Below, in pieces: positions 7,402-19,218 of a DNA stretch of 64,000 nt. The position numbers and the translations under genes were made by a program. The notes beneath the pieces are model-generated. The model worked only from the letters and a program-made list of their open reading frames with translations, did not search any database and was not told where the DNA came from. Each line of letters starts with the position of its first letter. Position 1 is the first letter of the stretch. Source of the DNA: an uncultured Acidobacteriota bacterium (lineage in GTDB: Bacteria > Acidobacteriota > Thermoanaerobaculia > Multivoradales > SZUA-115); the NCBI GenBank assembly GCA_963805975.1, contig CAWDVR010000004.1, positions 512,001 to 576,000 on the forward strand, read 5' to 3'.

Positions 7402-9703
7402 GACGGCGCCTCTCCCCCCGCTCCTCCGCGCCTGCCGCCTCTCCCTGGCGGTCGAGCTCGTCGAGCGCCGCCAGGGCCTGGTTGTAGTAGTGCCGGGCGG
7501 TGGCGGCGGCGAGCGGCCGCGCCTTCGCCGCCGCCATCCGCGAATACTCGAAAGCGCGGCCCCACATCCGGGCCTGCCCGAAGTGATAGGCCAAGAGCTC
7601 GCAGGCCTCGGCCCGATCCGCCGGCAGCCGGGCCTCGATCGCCTCGGCGATCCGCCGGTGGAGGATCTGGGCCCGTTCGGGGGAGAGGCTGGCGGCGATC
7701 GCCCTGCGGATGGAGGGGTGGGCGAACTCGAAAGTGCCGTGCCGTGCTCCCTGGACCCAGAGCGCCACGTCGCGCTGGCGGCGGCTGTCCGCCCAGTAGC
7801 GCAGGAAATGCCGCACCAGCCAGCGCTGCAGCATCATCTCGACACAGGTCTCGACCACGCCGCCGTCCTCCTGCTCGGCAGCTTCCAGGAGCTCGGCTTC
7901 GAACCGCTGGCCGATCAGGGAGGCCAGGGTGAGCAGGCGCCGGGTGGAGGAGGGCAGCCGGCGGATACGCCGCAGGACCAGATCCTCGTGGCGCGCGGGC
8001 AGGTGCGACCCGAGCTGCCCCCCGAATTGCTTGGGCACGGCCGTCAGGCGCCAGCTCTTGCCCTCCGGCACCAGGGCTCCCTCGTCCCACAGCAGGTTGA
8101 TCCATTCGGTAAGGAGCAGCGGGGCGCCTTCGGTGGCAGCGAACAGGAACCGCGCCAGGGTGGCGCTGCCCTGCTTGCCGACCAGCGAGACGGCGATGCG
8201 GGCCACGCTCTCGGCCGAGAGGCGGTCGAGCGACAGGCGCCTGACGCGGCCTCGCGGCGCGCCGGCCGCGGCGAGGAGCTTCGCCAGGCCGCTCGACGCG
8301 GTCTCTTGCGGCCGGTAGGTCGCCACCACCCAGACCGGCAGGTCGGCGATCTCGGGGAGCAGCGCATGGAGCAGGTTGAAAGTGTCGTCGTCCATCCACT
8401 GCAGGTTGTCGAGAAAGAGGATCAGCGGGCGGGGTTTGCTCGCCGCGCCGGCGCCCGCTGTGACGTGATGGAAGAAGGCGCCGAGGGCGATGGCCAGGCG
8501 GCCGACCGGCAGCGGTGGCGGGTCGCCCGGCCTGGGGGCCAGCTCGGGCCGGAGCTCGCCGAGCTCCGGCACCAGCCGCGCAACGTCCGCCAGCGCGTCG
8601 CCCAACGGCAGACGGGTGATGCGCTCGGCGATCTCGACCTCGCTGGCGAGCGAGTTGCGGAGCGCCTCGATCAGCGGCTGGAAGGCGACCGGCGGCGCGA
8701 GATCGTAGCTGCGGCCGAGAAACACCGTCGCCCGCTCCCGGCTGGTGATCTCGTCGAGGACGGCGCGCACGAGGCGCGACTTGCCGATCCCCGCCTCGCC
8801 CTCCACCAGCGTCAGGCACCCCTGGCCGTCGCTCGCCGCGCGCCAGGTGTGGTGGAGGTGCTGGGACGCTTCCTCTCTTCCCACCAGCGGGATGAGGGGC
8901 CCGCGGGGAGCCGCCTTGTGCTCGCCACCGGCGAGCGCCGGCAGGCTCTCGTCGAGGATCTGCCGGTGGAGCTGGCGGGTCTCCTCCATCGGCTCGACGC
9001 CCAGCTCCCTGCCGAGCAGGCGCTCGAAGCTCTCGTAGTCCTCGAGCGCCCGGCTGCGGCGGCCGGTGTAGGCATAGAGCAGCATGAGCTGGCGGTGCAC
9101 CTCCTCCGACAGCGGGTCGATGCGCAGCAACTGCCGCGCGTACTGGATGCCGAACACGTGGCCGCCGGAACGCAGATGGTGCGCCACCAGGGCACGCAGG
9201 GCGGCGACGGCGGACTCGCGCAGGCGTTCCTGCTCGGCGAGCATCCATTCCTCGAACGGTGGGCTGTCGGAGAGAAAGAAGCCGGCCAGGAAGTCGCCGC
9301 GGTAGAGCTGCGCCGCCCGCGCCAGCTCCCGCGGGTCGGCGACGTCGCCGTCGCCCCAGCCGCGGTCGATCGCCTCCGAGAAGGCATGGAGATCGACCCA
9401 GCAGTGCTCGCCCGGTGCGAAGCGGATGCTGCCCTGCTCGGCGGAGATCAGTGGCGGGGCGCCCTCCGGCACCTGCAGCACCGCGCGCAGGTTGTAGAGG
9501 GCCTGGCGCAGGTTCTGGCGGGCCGCCGTTTCGCCGTGGTGAGGCCAGAACAGGCCCGCCAACTGGTCGCGGCTGAAGGCCCGCCCGGGGTGGGCGGCGA
9601 GGTAGGCGATGAGCGCGCGGGCGCGCTGCGACTCGAAGCGGACCACCCGGCGCGAACCGGAGATCTCGAGTTCCCCCAGCAGGCGGATGTCGAGGCGGGT
9701 CAT
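7364..9703 (-). CDS. SARP-family (OmpR-type HTH + BTAD) transcriptional regulator with AAA ATPase domain
   Basis: IRLLGELEI...SRDQLAGLFWP...ARQNLRQALYNLR; LYRGDFLAG; DPLSEEVHRQLM; Walker A GEAGIGKS; Walker B FLDNLQW. ATG at 9703 preferred. Confidence 0.9.
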   Translation of the reverse strand: MTRLDIRLLGELEISGSRRVVRFESQRARALIAYLAAHPGRAFSRDQLAGLFWPHHGETAARQNLRQALYNLRAVLQVPEGAPPLISAEQGSIRFAPGEHCWVDLHAFSEAIDRGWGDGDVADPRELARAAQLYRGDFLAGFFLSDSPPFEEWMLAEQERLRESAVAALRALVAHHLRSGGHVFGIQYARQLLRIDPLSEEVHRQLMLLYAYTGRRSRALEDYESFERLLGRELGVEPMEETRQLHRQILDESLPALAGGEHKAAPRGPLIPLVGREEASQHLHHTWRAASDGQGCLTLVEGEAGIGKSRLVRAVLDEITSRERATVFLGRSYDLAPPVAFQPLIEALRNSLASEVEIAERITRLPLGDALADVARLVPELGELRPELAPRPGDPPPLPVGRLAIALGAFFHHVTAGAGAASKPRPLILFLDNLQWMDDDTFNLLHALLPEIADLPVWVVATYRPQETASSGLAKLLAAAGAPRGRVRRLSLDRLSAESVARIAVSLVGKQGSATLARFLFAATEGAPLLLTEWINLLWDEGALVPEGKSWRLTAVPKQFGGQLGSHLPARHEDLVLRRIRRLPSSTRRLLTLASLIGQRFEAELLEAAEQEDGGVVETCVEMMLQRWLVRHFLRYWADSRRQRDVALWVQGARHGTFEFAHPSIRRAIAASLSPERAQILHRRIAEAIEARLPADRAEACELLAYHFGQARMWGRAFEYSRMAAAKARPLAAATARHYYNQALAALDELDRQGEAAGAEERGERRRLILEEKGSLAAG

Positions 9704-9791
9704 CGAAAAGTCGTCGGGTCGCGAGAGATTCACAGTGTAGCGCGGAACGCTGTAGCAGCGTCGCTCCGGTCCTTCGGCACTGGCAGGGCCC

Positions 9792-9820
9792 TTGACAGGC
9801 CGCCGCCGTAGTCCTATCCT
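9792..9820 (+). promoter_or_regulatory. Sigma70-type promoter of groESL
   Basis: TTGACA (9792-9797), 17-bp spacer, TATCCT (9815-9820), directly followed by CIRCE. Confidence 0.85.
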
Positions 9821-9821
9821 G

Positions 9822-9848
9822 TTAGCACTCACCGACGCCGAGTGCTAA
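9822..9848 (+). promoter_or_regulatory. CIRCE element (HrcA operator)
   Basis: Perfect TTAGCACTC-N9-GAGTGCTAA upstream of groES. Confidence 0.97.
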
Positions 9849-9938
9849 CAATCGGCCGTCGGTTCCCAATAAGTCACGTCGTTCCCGAAGGTTAATACGT
9901 ACACCGTGTGGATTTAGACGACTAAAGGAGGAGTTTCT

Positions 9939-10229
9939 GTGAACATCCGTCCCCTGAACGACCGTGTCGTGGTCAAGCGCATCGAGGCCCAGGAAGAGGT
10001 CCGTGGCGGCATCATCATCCCGGACACCGCTAAGGAGAAGCCGCAGGAGGCCGAGGTCATCGCGGTCGGCCCCGGCAAGCTCAACGACGACGGCAAGCGG
10101 GTGCCGATCGACGTCAAGGCCGGCGACCGCGTCCTGATCGGCAAGTACTCGGGCAGCGAGATCAAGGTCGGCGAGAACGACTACGTGATCCTGCGCGAGG
10201 ACGAGATCCTGGCCGTCGTCGAGAAGTAG
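9939..10229 (+). CDS. groES: Co-chaperonin GroES
   Basis: [12 protein letters not shown]...[14 protein letters not shown]; RBS AAGGAGG. Confidence 0.99.
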   Translation: MNIRPLNDRVVVKRIEAQEEVRGGIIIPDTAKEKPQEAEVIAVGPGKLNDDGKRVPIDVKAGDRVLIGKYSGSEIKVGENDYVILREDEILAVVEK

Positions 10230-11957
<1,728 letters not shown>

Positions 11958-11992
11958 TCCAGACGTCTCGCCTCTTCGTTCAAGCAAGTTTC

Positions 11993-12026
11993 AATCGGCC
12001 CGGGGCGACCTGGGCCGGTTTTGTTT
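11993..12026 (+). terminator. Intrinsic terminator after groEL
   Basis: AATCGGCCCGGG-GCGA-CCTGGGCCGGTT stem-loop followed by TTGTTT. Confidence 0.75.
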
Positions 12027-12140
12027 AGAGGGCTGTCGCGGACCCGCGGTGGCGCTGTCCCTCGCGGTGATCAGTGCGCTGGTGCACGGCATGCGGCCGG
12101 GGGTGGGGGGATGGCGCCCTCGATGGCATAGTCTCGCTCC

Positions 12141-13210
12141 ATGCTCCTCCTCTACGGCGCCAACGGCTACAGCGGCGAGCTGATCGCTCGCGAGGCCGTG
12201 CGGCGCGGGTTGGCTCCTGTTTTGGCAGGCCGGAACGCGGAGGCGGTCGGTGTGCTCGGGGCGGCGCTCGGTCTTGCCTTCTCGGGCCTTCGGTCTCGAC
12301 GACGCCGAAGCGCTGCGCAGCGGGCTCTCGGGCGTCTCCGCCGTGCTCCACTGCGCCGGGCCGTTCGTTGCACACCAGCGCACCGATGGTCGAAGCCTGC
12401 CTCGCGGCGGGGGCCCATTACCTCGACATCACCGGCGAGATCTCGGTCTTCGAGGCGGTCCTGAAGCAGGGCGCCCGCGCCGTCGAGCGGGGCATCGTGC
12501 TGCTGCCCGGCGTGGGCTTCGACGTGGTGCCGACGGACTGCCTGGCCGCGCGGCTGGCCCGGGCGCTGCCGGATGCGACACACCTCGACCTCGCCTTCGT
12601 CAACGTCGGCGGCGCGTGGAGCCGGGGCACGCTCTCCACGATGATCGGCAGCCTGCCGGCGGCGGGGGCGGTGCGGAGGGACGGCAGGATCGTGCCCGTG
12701 CCGGTGGCTCACGAAACCATGGAGCTCGACCTGCCCATCGGCCGCCGCACGGTGATGACGATCCCGTGGGGCGACGTCTCGACCGCCTACCACTCGACCC
12801 GCATTCCCAACATCCGGGTCTTCACCGGGGCCCATCCCGGTGCCGTGCGGCGCCTGCGGGCACTGCGGCCTTTCCTTCCCATGCTGGGCTGGAAGCCGAT
12901 CCAGTGGGCGGCGCTGGCCTGGGTGCGCCGGCGGGTGACCGGCCCGGACGAAGCGGCGCGCTCGGCGGCGCGGGTCTATCTCTGGGGCCGGGTACGCAAC
13001 GCGGCAGGCGCCGAGGCCACGGCGACGCTGGAGACGCCGGAGGGCTATACGCTCACCGCGCTCTCCGCCGTCGAGTGCCTGCGGCGAGTCGGTGCGGGCG
13101 AGGTCTCACCCGGCGCCTGGACGCCGTCCAAAGCCTTCGGCGCCGATTTCGTCGCTACGCTGCCGGGTGTCCAGGTGGGTGAGGTGGTCCGGAAGGAAGG
13201 CTCCCGGTGA
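12141..13210 (+). pseudogene. Saccharopine dehydrogenase-like oxidoreductase broken by two +1 frameshifts (or sequencing errors)
   Basis: LLYGANGYSG...LAGRN (frame of 12141), VLHCAGPF (frame of 12250) and HYLDITGE...GFDVVPTD (frame of 12074) are consecutive parts of one protein. Confidence 0.85.
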
Positions 13211-13291
13211 TGGTGGGGGCCATGGCTTGCCTCGCTCACGCGCTTGTCCGAGCCGGTTGATTCTGTTTGCTGAGTTCGAGAGGATCTGGCC

Positions 13292-13492
13292 ATGAAGCTC
13301 AAGGTTGTCGTACATGAGGCAGAAGAGGGCGGTTATTGGGCCGAGGTGCCTGCGATTCCTGGCTGCGCCACCCAGGGAGAGACTTTCGAGGAGCTGCTGC
13401 AGAACCTCTACGAGGCGGTCGAGGGTTGTATGGCAGTGGATCTGGAACCATCGGCTACCGATGGCGAGCGGGTCATAGAGATCGCTGTGTGA
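13292..13492 (+). CDS. hicB: HicB-family antitoxin (short, no DNA-binding domain)
   Basis: EEGGYWAEVPAIPGCATQGETFEELLQNLYEAVEG. Confidence 0.9.
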   Translation: MKLKVVVHEAEEGGYWAEVPAIPGCATQGETFEELLQNLYEAVEGCMAVDLEPSATDGERVIEIAV

Positions 13493-13695
13493 AGCAGCTT
13501 TCGGGTCGTGATCTCGCGCGCCTCGTCGAAAGACATGGTTGGGCACTGTTGCGGATCCACGGCAGCCATCACATCTACGGCAAGACCGGCAGCAAGGCTC
13601 GCCTCTCGATCCCGATCCACGGGAGCCACCCGCTCAAGACCGGCCTGCTCCGGTATCTGTTGAAGACAGCCGGAATCAACGAGCAGGATCTGTAA
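13489..13695 (+). CDS. hicA: HicA-family toxin
   Basis: GTG start overlapping the hicB stop; GW...IHGSHHIY...SIPIHG...LKTGLLR. Confidence 0.9.
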   Translation: MKQLSGRDLARLVERHGWALLRIHGSHHIYGKTGSKARLSIPIHGSHPLKTGLLRYLLKTAGINEQDL

Positions 13696-13764
13696 CCCGC
13701 GCTCCCGAGCCGGGCGACCCACAAGCCCCCTGCTCCAAACCCGACACTAACGCGCCTCTTAAGC

Positions 13765-14106
13765 TCACGGGTAGTTCGGGCACTGCATCACGCACTCCCG
13801 GTAGCGGTCGTGACAGGCGTCGATGCACTCGTCGTCGAAGGGCGGGCACTGGTGCTGGATACAGCACTTGCGCTCGTTGAAGCAGCTCGCGCAGGGGTTG
13901 GGCGAGCAGAAGTAGGGTGGCGGGAGTGTTTTGGCCTCGGCAGCCGGCGCGAGTAGCGCGAGCAGCACCGGGTCGGCGGCTGGGATCGGCTGGGATTCCG
14001 CCAACGGGACTGGTTCTCCGGAAGAGGGCGCCGCCGGCGCGATGTCGGCAGACGCAGTGAGAACCACGAAAAGGGCGGGGACGAGGGCGAGCAAGGCTTT
14101 TTTCAT
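13765..14106 (-). CDS. Small secreted Cys-rich protein (signal peptide, Pro/Ala pro-region, 10-Cys domain)
   Basis: MKKALLALVPALFVVLTASA signal; C-terminal FCSPNPCASCFNERKCCIQHQCPPFDDECIDACHDRYRECVMQCPNYP. Confidence 0.75.
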   Translation of the reverse strand: MKKALLALVPALFVVLTASADIAPAAPSSGEPVPLAESQPIPAADPVLLALLAPAAEAKTLPPPYFCSPNPCASCFNERKCCIQHQCPPFDDECIDACHDRYRECVMQCPNYP

Positions 14107-14271
14107 CAGGACACTTCCTTTGTCCAAGGGGGTGCCGGCGGAGGGCCTCGGGGAGACCGCCCTCGGCCGCGGTCTGCTCGAGGTGGTGAGCTGCTACGGA
14201 AGGGTCTTGCCCTGCTGTGCGTGAGAAGGGAGGGCTTGCGTCTTTTGCCAGGTCGAGAGTATGATTTTGGC

Positions 14272-15197
14272 ATGTCAAAAAGATGGGTTCTCCTCCCTGC
14301 CCTGCTGAGCTTCCTCGCCGCCTGCAGCGGCGATCCTGCTTCCAAGCCCTCCTCCTCCCGCCAGGGGCCGATCAAGGTCGTCGCCACCACTGGCATGATC
14401 GGCGACGCCGCGAAGCGCATCGCCGGGGACCTGGCCCAGGTGGAGGCGCTGATGGGCCCGGGGGTGGATCCACACCTCTACAAGGCCAGCGAGAGCGACG
14501 TACGCAGGCTCTCGGAGGCCGATCTGATCCTCTACAACGGTCTCCACCTCGAAGGGAAGATGGGCGACATCCTGGTCAAGCTGGCGCGGACGCGCGCGGT
14601 GGTGGCGGTGTCCGAGACCATCCCGCAGGGGGAGCTTCGGGAGCCGCCCGAGTTCGCCGGCCAGTACGACCCGCACATCTGGTTCGACGTCCGGCTCTGG
14701 TCGCGCACGCTCGACCCCATTGCCGAGGCCCTGGCCGGGCTCGACCCGGCGAACGCCGAGGCCTTCCGCTCCAACGCCGCACGCTACCGGGAAGAGCTCG
14801 GCGAGCTCGACACCTGGGTGGCAGGGCGTATCCTCGAGATCCCGGAAGGCCAGCGCGTGCTGGTCACCGCGCACGACGCCTTCGGCTACTTCGGCCGCCG
14901 CTACGGTATGAAGGTGATGGGCCTGCAAGGCATCAGCACGCTCTCCGAGGCGGGGCTCAGGGACGTGGAGCGCGTGGTCGACGAAGTGGTCGCCAGCGGA
15001 ATCAAGGCGGTGTTCATCGAATCGTCCGTGCCGCGGCGCTCGATCGAAGCCGTCCAGGGGGCCTGCCGCGCCCGCGGGCGCGAGGTGGCGATCGGCGGCC
15101 AGCTCTTCTCGGACGCCATGGGCGCCCCCGGCACCGACGAGGGCACCTACCCCGGCATGGTGCGGGCCAACGTCAACACCATCGTGGAGGCCCTGAA

Positions 15198-15201
<4 letters not shown>
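14272..15201 (+). CDS. Mn/Zn ABC transporter substrate-binding lipoprotein (TroA/MntA-like)
   Basis: Lipobox LAAC; DPHLY, DPHIW and TAHDAFGYF metal-binding motifs. Confidence 0.95.
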
Positions 15202-16064
<863 letters not shown>

Positions 16065-16065
16065 G

Positions 16066-17343
16066 GTGGAGCTGACCTTCTCGGCCCGAAACGTCCTGGT
16101 GGGCGCGAGCCTGCTGGGGATCGCCGGCGGCGTGCTGGGCGGCTTCGCGCTGCTGCGGCGGCAGAGCCTCCTGGGTGACGCGCTCGCCCACGCGGCGCTG
16201 CCGGGCGTGTGCGTGGCCTATCTCCTCACCCACAGCAAGAGCCCGGCACCGCTCCTGGCCGGTGCGCTGGTGGCGGGTCTCCTGGGCGCTCTCCTGATCC
16301 TCGCCGTGCGCCGCTTCTCGCGCATCAAGGAGGACGCGGCGATCGGCATCGTGCTGTCGGTCTTCTTCGGCGCCGGGATCGTGCTCCTCACCCACATCCA
16401 GAAGCTGCCGTTCGCCAACCAGAGCGGGCTCGACAAGTTCCTCTTCGGGCAGGCGGCGACTCTCATGCCGCGCGACATCGTGGTGATGGCCGTGCTGGTG
16501 ACCCTGGTGCTCGGCACCACCTTCCTGTTCTTCAAGGAGCTCAAGCTGCTGGCCTTCGACCGCGAGTTCGGCGCCAGCCTGGGCTATCCCATGCGGAGCA
16601 TCGAGATCCTGCTCACTCTGCTCCTGGTGGTGGTCGTCGTGGTGGGGTTGCAGACCGTGGGCGTGGTGCTGATGGTGGCGACGCTCGTCACCCCCGCGGC
16701 CGCCGCCCGCCAGTGGACGGACCGGCTGGGGCTGATGCTGCTCCTGTCGGCGGCGATCGGCGGCACCTCGGGCGCCGCCGGGGCGCTGCTCTCGGCGAGC
16801 GTCGAGCGCCTGCCGACCGGGCCGACGATCGTGCTGCTGTCGAGCGCGGCGCTGGTCGTCTCGCTGGTCTTGGCACCCCGTCGCGGGCTCCTGCAAGCGT
16901 TCCTGAAAGACCGGCGGGTGGCGACCCGCATCCGGCGCGAGAACCTGCTCAAGGATCTCTATGTCTGGACCGAGCGGGGGAGCGGTCAGGGCGACCACTG
17001 GCTGCACTGGCCGGACCTCATGGGCACGCGCGGCCAGAGCGGCGGGCAGGTCTCCTCCGTGGCGAGGGCGCTGGCGAGGAATGGGCTCGCCGAGACCAGC
17101 GGACGCGGCGTGCGGTTGACGGCGGAGGGCCTGGCCGCGGCCCAGGCCGTGGTGCGGAGACACCGGCTGTGGGAGGTGTACCTGACGCGTCGCCTGGAGC
17201 TGCCGAGCGACCACGTGCACCGCGACGCCGAGGTAATGGAGCACGCGCTCACCGACGACGACGCGGCCGAGCTCGAAGAGCTGCTGGGCTCGCCCACCGT
17301 CGACCCCCACGGCAGCCCGATCCCGCCGCGGAGGGTGGCATGA
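16066..17343 (+). CDS. Mn/Zn ABC permease fused to a DtxR/MntR-like metal-dependent repressor domain
   Basis: ABC-3 permease (GDALAHAALPG) plus C-terminal RRHRLWEVYL...VHRDAEVMEH...DPHGSPIP. Confidence 0.9.
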   Translation: MELTFSARNVLVGASLLGIAGGVLGGFALLRRQSLLGDALAHAALPGVCVAYLLTHSKSPAPLLAGALVAGLLGALLILAVRRFSRIKEDAAIGIVLSVFFGAGIVLLTHIQKLPFANQSGLDKFLFGQAATLMPRDIVVMAVLVTLVLGTTFLFFKELKLLAFDREFGASLGYPMRSIEILLTLLLVVVVVVGLQTVGVVLMVATLVTPAAAARQWTDRLGLMLLLSAAIGGTSGAAGALLSASVERLPTGPTIVLLSSAALVVSLVLAPRRGLLQAFLKDRRVATRIRRENLLKDLYVWTERGSGQGDHWLHWPDLMGTRGQSGGQVSSVARALARNGLAETSGRGVRLTAEGLAAAQAVVRRHRLWEVYLTRRLELPSDHVHRDAEVMEHALTDDDAAELEELLGSPTVDPHGSPIPPRRVA

Positions 17344-18449
17344 GCCCGACGCTGGTCATCCTCGTGGTGGGCGCCCTGGTCGCCGCCTCCTGCGCTCTGG
17401 TCGGCGCGTTCCTGGTGCTGCGCCAGATGGCCCTCCTGGGCGACGCCATCAGCCACGCCGTGCTGCCCGGCATCGTCCTCGCCTTTCTCCTGACCGGCGA
17501 TCGGAGCACGCTTCCGATGGTGCTCGGGGCGGGAGCCTTCGGCGTGCTGACGGTGCTCCTGGTGGAGCTCTTCAACCGCACGCGCCGGCTGCGCGAGGAC
17601 GCCTCGATCGGCGTCGTGTTCCCGGCCCTCTTCGCCTTCGGCGTGCTGCTGGTCAGCCGCTACGCGGCACAGGTCGACCTCGACCTCGACTGCGTGCTCT
17701 ACGGCGAGATCGCCTACGCGCCCTGGGACCTGCTCTATGCCGGCGGCCGCTCGCTCGGGCCCAAGGCCCTGTGGATCAACGGCACGGTGCTGGCCGTGAA
17801 CGTGGCCATCGTGCTCCTCTTCTACAAGGAGCTCAAGCTCGCCACCTTCGACCGCGAGCTGGCCGCCGCGCTCGGCTTCCTGCCGGCCGCTCTCCACTAC
17901 CTCCTGATGAGCATGGTGTCGATCACCGTGGTGGGCGCCTTCGAGAGCGTGGGGGCGATCCTGGTGGTGGCGATGCTGATCGTGCCGCCGGCCACCGCCT
18001 ATCTCCTCACCGACCGGCTCTCGCGCATGCTGCTGCTCTCGGCGGCGCTCGGCGTGGCCTCGGCCGGCGGCGGCTACGCCATGGCGCGCTGGCTCGACGC
18101 CTCGATCGCCGGCTCCATGGCCACGGTGGCGGGCGCCATGTTCCTCCTCACCTTCCTGCTCTCGCCGCGCTACGGCCTCGTGGCGCGGGCCGTCCGCCAC
18201 CGGCGGCTGACGTTCGCCACCGCCGACCAGCTCGTGATGCTCCACCTCTCCCACGGCAGCGAGGGCCTGCCGAAGGCCGAGGTCGTCCGCCGCTTCGCCT
18301 GGCCGGCGCGGCGCCTCGAAGCGACGGTCCGCCGCCTCGCTGCCCGCGGCTGGATCGAGGCCAACGGCTCGGGCTTGAAGCTCACCACCACCGGCGCCAC
18401 GGCTCTCGAAGCCAGCGGCCAGGCGGTGCTGCGGCACCAAGGGACGTAG
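17340..18449 (+). CDS. Mn/Zn ABC permease (TroD-like) with short C-terminal wHTH-like extension
   Basis: GDAISHAVLPG, DLDLDCVLYGEI and AFESVGAILV motifs; tail RRLAARGWIE...LKLTTTG. Confidence 0.92.
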   Translation: MSPTLVILVVGALVAASCALVGAFLVLRQMALLGDAISHAVLPGIVLAFLLTGDRSTLPMVLGAGAFGVLTVLLVELFNRTRRLREDASIGVVFPALFAFGVLLVSRYAAQVDLDLDCVLYGEIAYAPWDLLYAGGRSLGPKALWINGTVLAVNVAIVLLFYKELKLATFDRELAAALGFLPAALHYLLMSMVSITVVGAFESVGAILVVAMLIVPPATAYLLTDRLSRMLLLSAALGVASAGGGYAMARWLDASIAGSMATVAGAMFLLTFLLSPRYGLVARAVRHRRLTFATADQLVMLHLSHGSEGLPKAEVVRRFAWPARRLEATVRRLAARGWIEANGSGLKLTTTGATALEASGQAVLRHQGT

Positions 18450-18450
18450 G

Positions 18451-18633
18451 TCAGGCCGCTGTCTGCTTCTCGGGCTCGTATGGTGGTGAGACGAGAAATC
18501 GGTCGCGATACTGCTCCTGCATCTCCATGTAGTAGGCGACCAAGCGCTCTGGATCGTGATCGAACCGGGCCGAGATGCGGTGGCGCACCTCACGCACCTC
18601 GTCGATCACCGGATCAGCCTTACTCGGGATCAT
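18451..18633 (-). CDS. Small hypothetical protein, probable antitoxin partner of the upstream PIN protein
   Basis: DPVIDEVREVRHRISARFDHD; overlaps the 3' end of the PIN gene. Confidence 0.65.
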   Translation of the reverse strand: MIPSKADPVIDEVREVRHRISARFDHDPERLVAYYMEMQEQYRDRFLVSPPYEPEKQTAA

Positions 18634-19108
18634 CGGCGCCTCCCAGTAGCTCGAGTGGTGTCACCATCGCGGGCACGAACAGGCCAAGCATGGTGTTCAC
18701 ACGGCGAATGTGCCCGAACTTGTTGGCGTTGGCAAGATGCTGGCAGTTCCAGGTAACCAGAAAGTCGCATTTGTGGTACGAGGCGAGTGCCAGGTGGAGC
18801 ACGTCTCCGCCAGGATTGGCGGGCATGATCTTGTGGCCGATATAGGCGGTAACGATCTCCGCGATCGCCGGCTCGATCGGGAGCAGAGGAAGGTCGGCCA
18901 GTAGACCGAGCCGGAGTGCACTGCGTTCTTGTGGGGCCGCCGCCAACTCGTCCAGCACGGCAGGGCTCGTAACGAGGTCATACCGATCGATGGCGCCGCT
19001 CCACCACTCGCGAGTCCATTCCCGGCGAACTACGATGTCGGGTGCAGTCCGAGCGTCATGGTAAAAGCTCGGAATCGTGGTCTCGACGTAGACCCGCGGC
19101 TTGCTCAC
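18620..19108 (-). CDS. PIN-domain (VapC-like) protein
   Basis: RVYVETTIPS...VTSPAVLDEL...DVLHLALA...DFLVTWNCQHLAN; GTG start at 19108. Confidence 0.85.
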   Translation of the reverse strand: MSKPRVYVETTIPSFYHDARTAPDIVVRREWTREWWSGAIDRYDLVTSPAVLDELAAAPQERSALRLGLLADLPLLPIEPAIAEIVTAYIGHKIMPANPGGDVLHLALASYHKCDFLVTWNCQHLANANKFGHIRRVNTMLGLFVPAMVTPLELLGGADDPE

Positions 19109-19160
19109 GCGGCCAAGATAGCACCTGCCCCGCAGCTTTCTCCTGTGTTCAGCGGAGACG

Positions 19161-19187
19161 CAAACGGCCGAGGTCACCCCCGGCCGT
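19161..19187 (-). terminator. Possible terminator after the tricorn gene
   Basis: ACGGCCGGGG-GTGA-CCTCGGCCGT hairpin followed by TTT on the minus strand. Confidence 0.45.
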
Positions 19188-19218
19188 GAGCTGAGTAGGT
19201 CACCCTCCGTCTTTTACT

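Noticed and set aside
9704-9832. N-terminal extension of the SARP ORF to 9832
   Set aside because: It would run through the groES promoter and CIRCE; the domain begins at ATG 9703.
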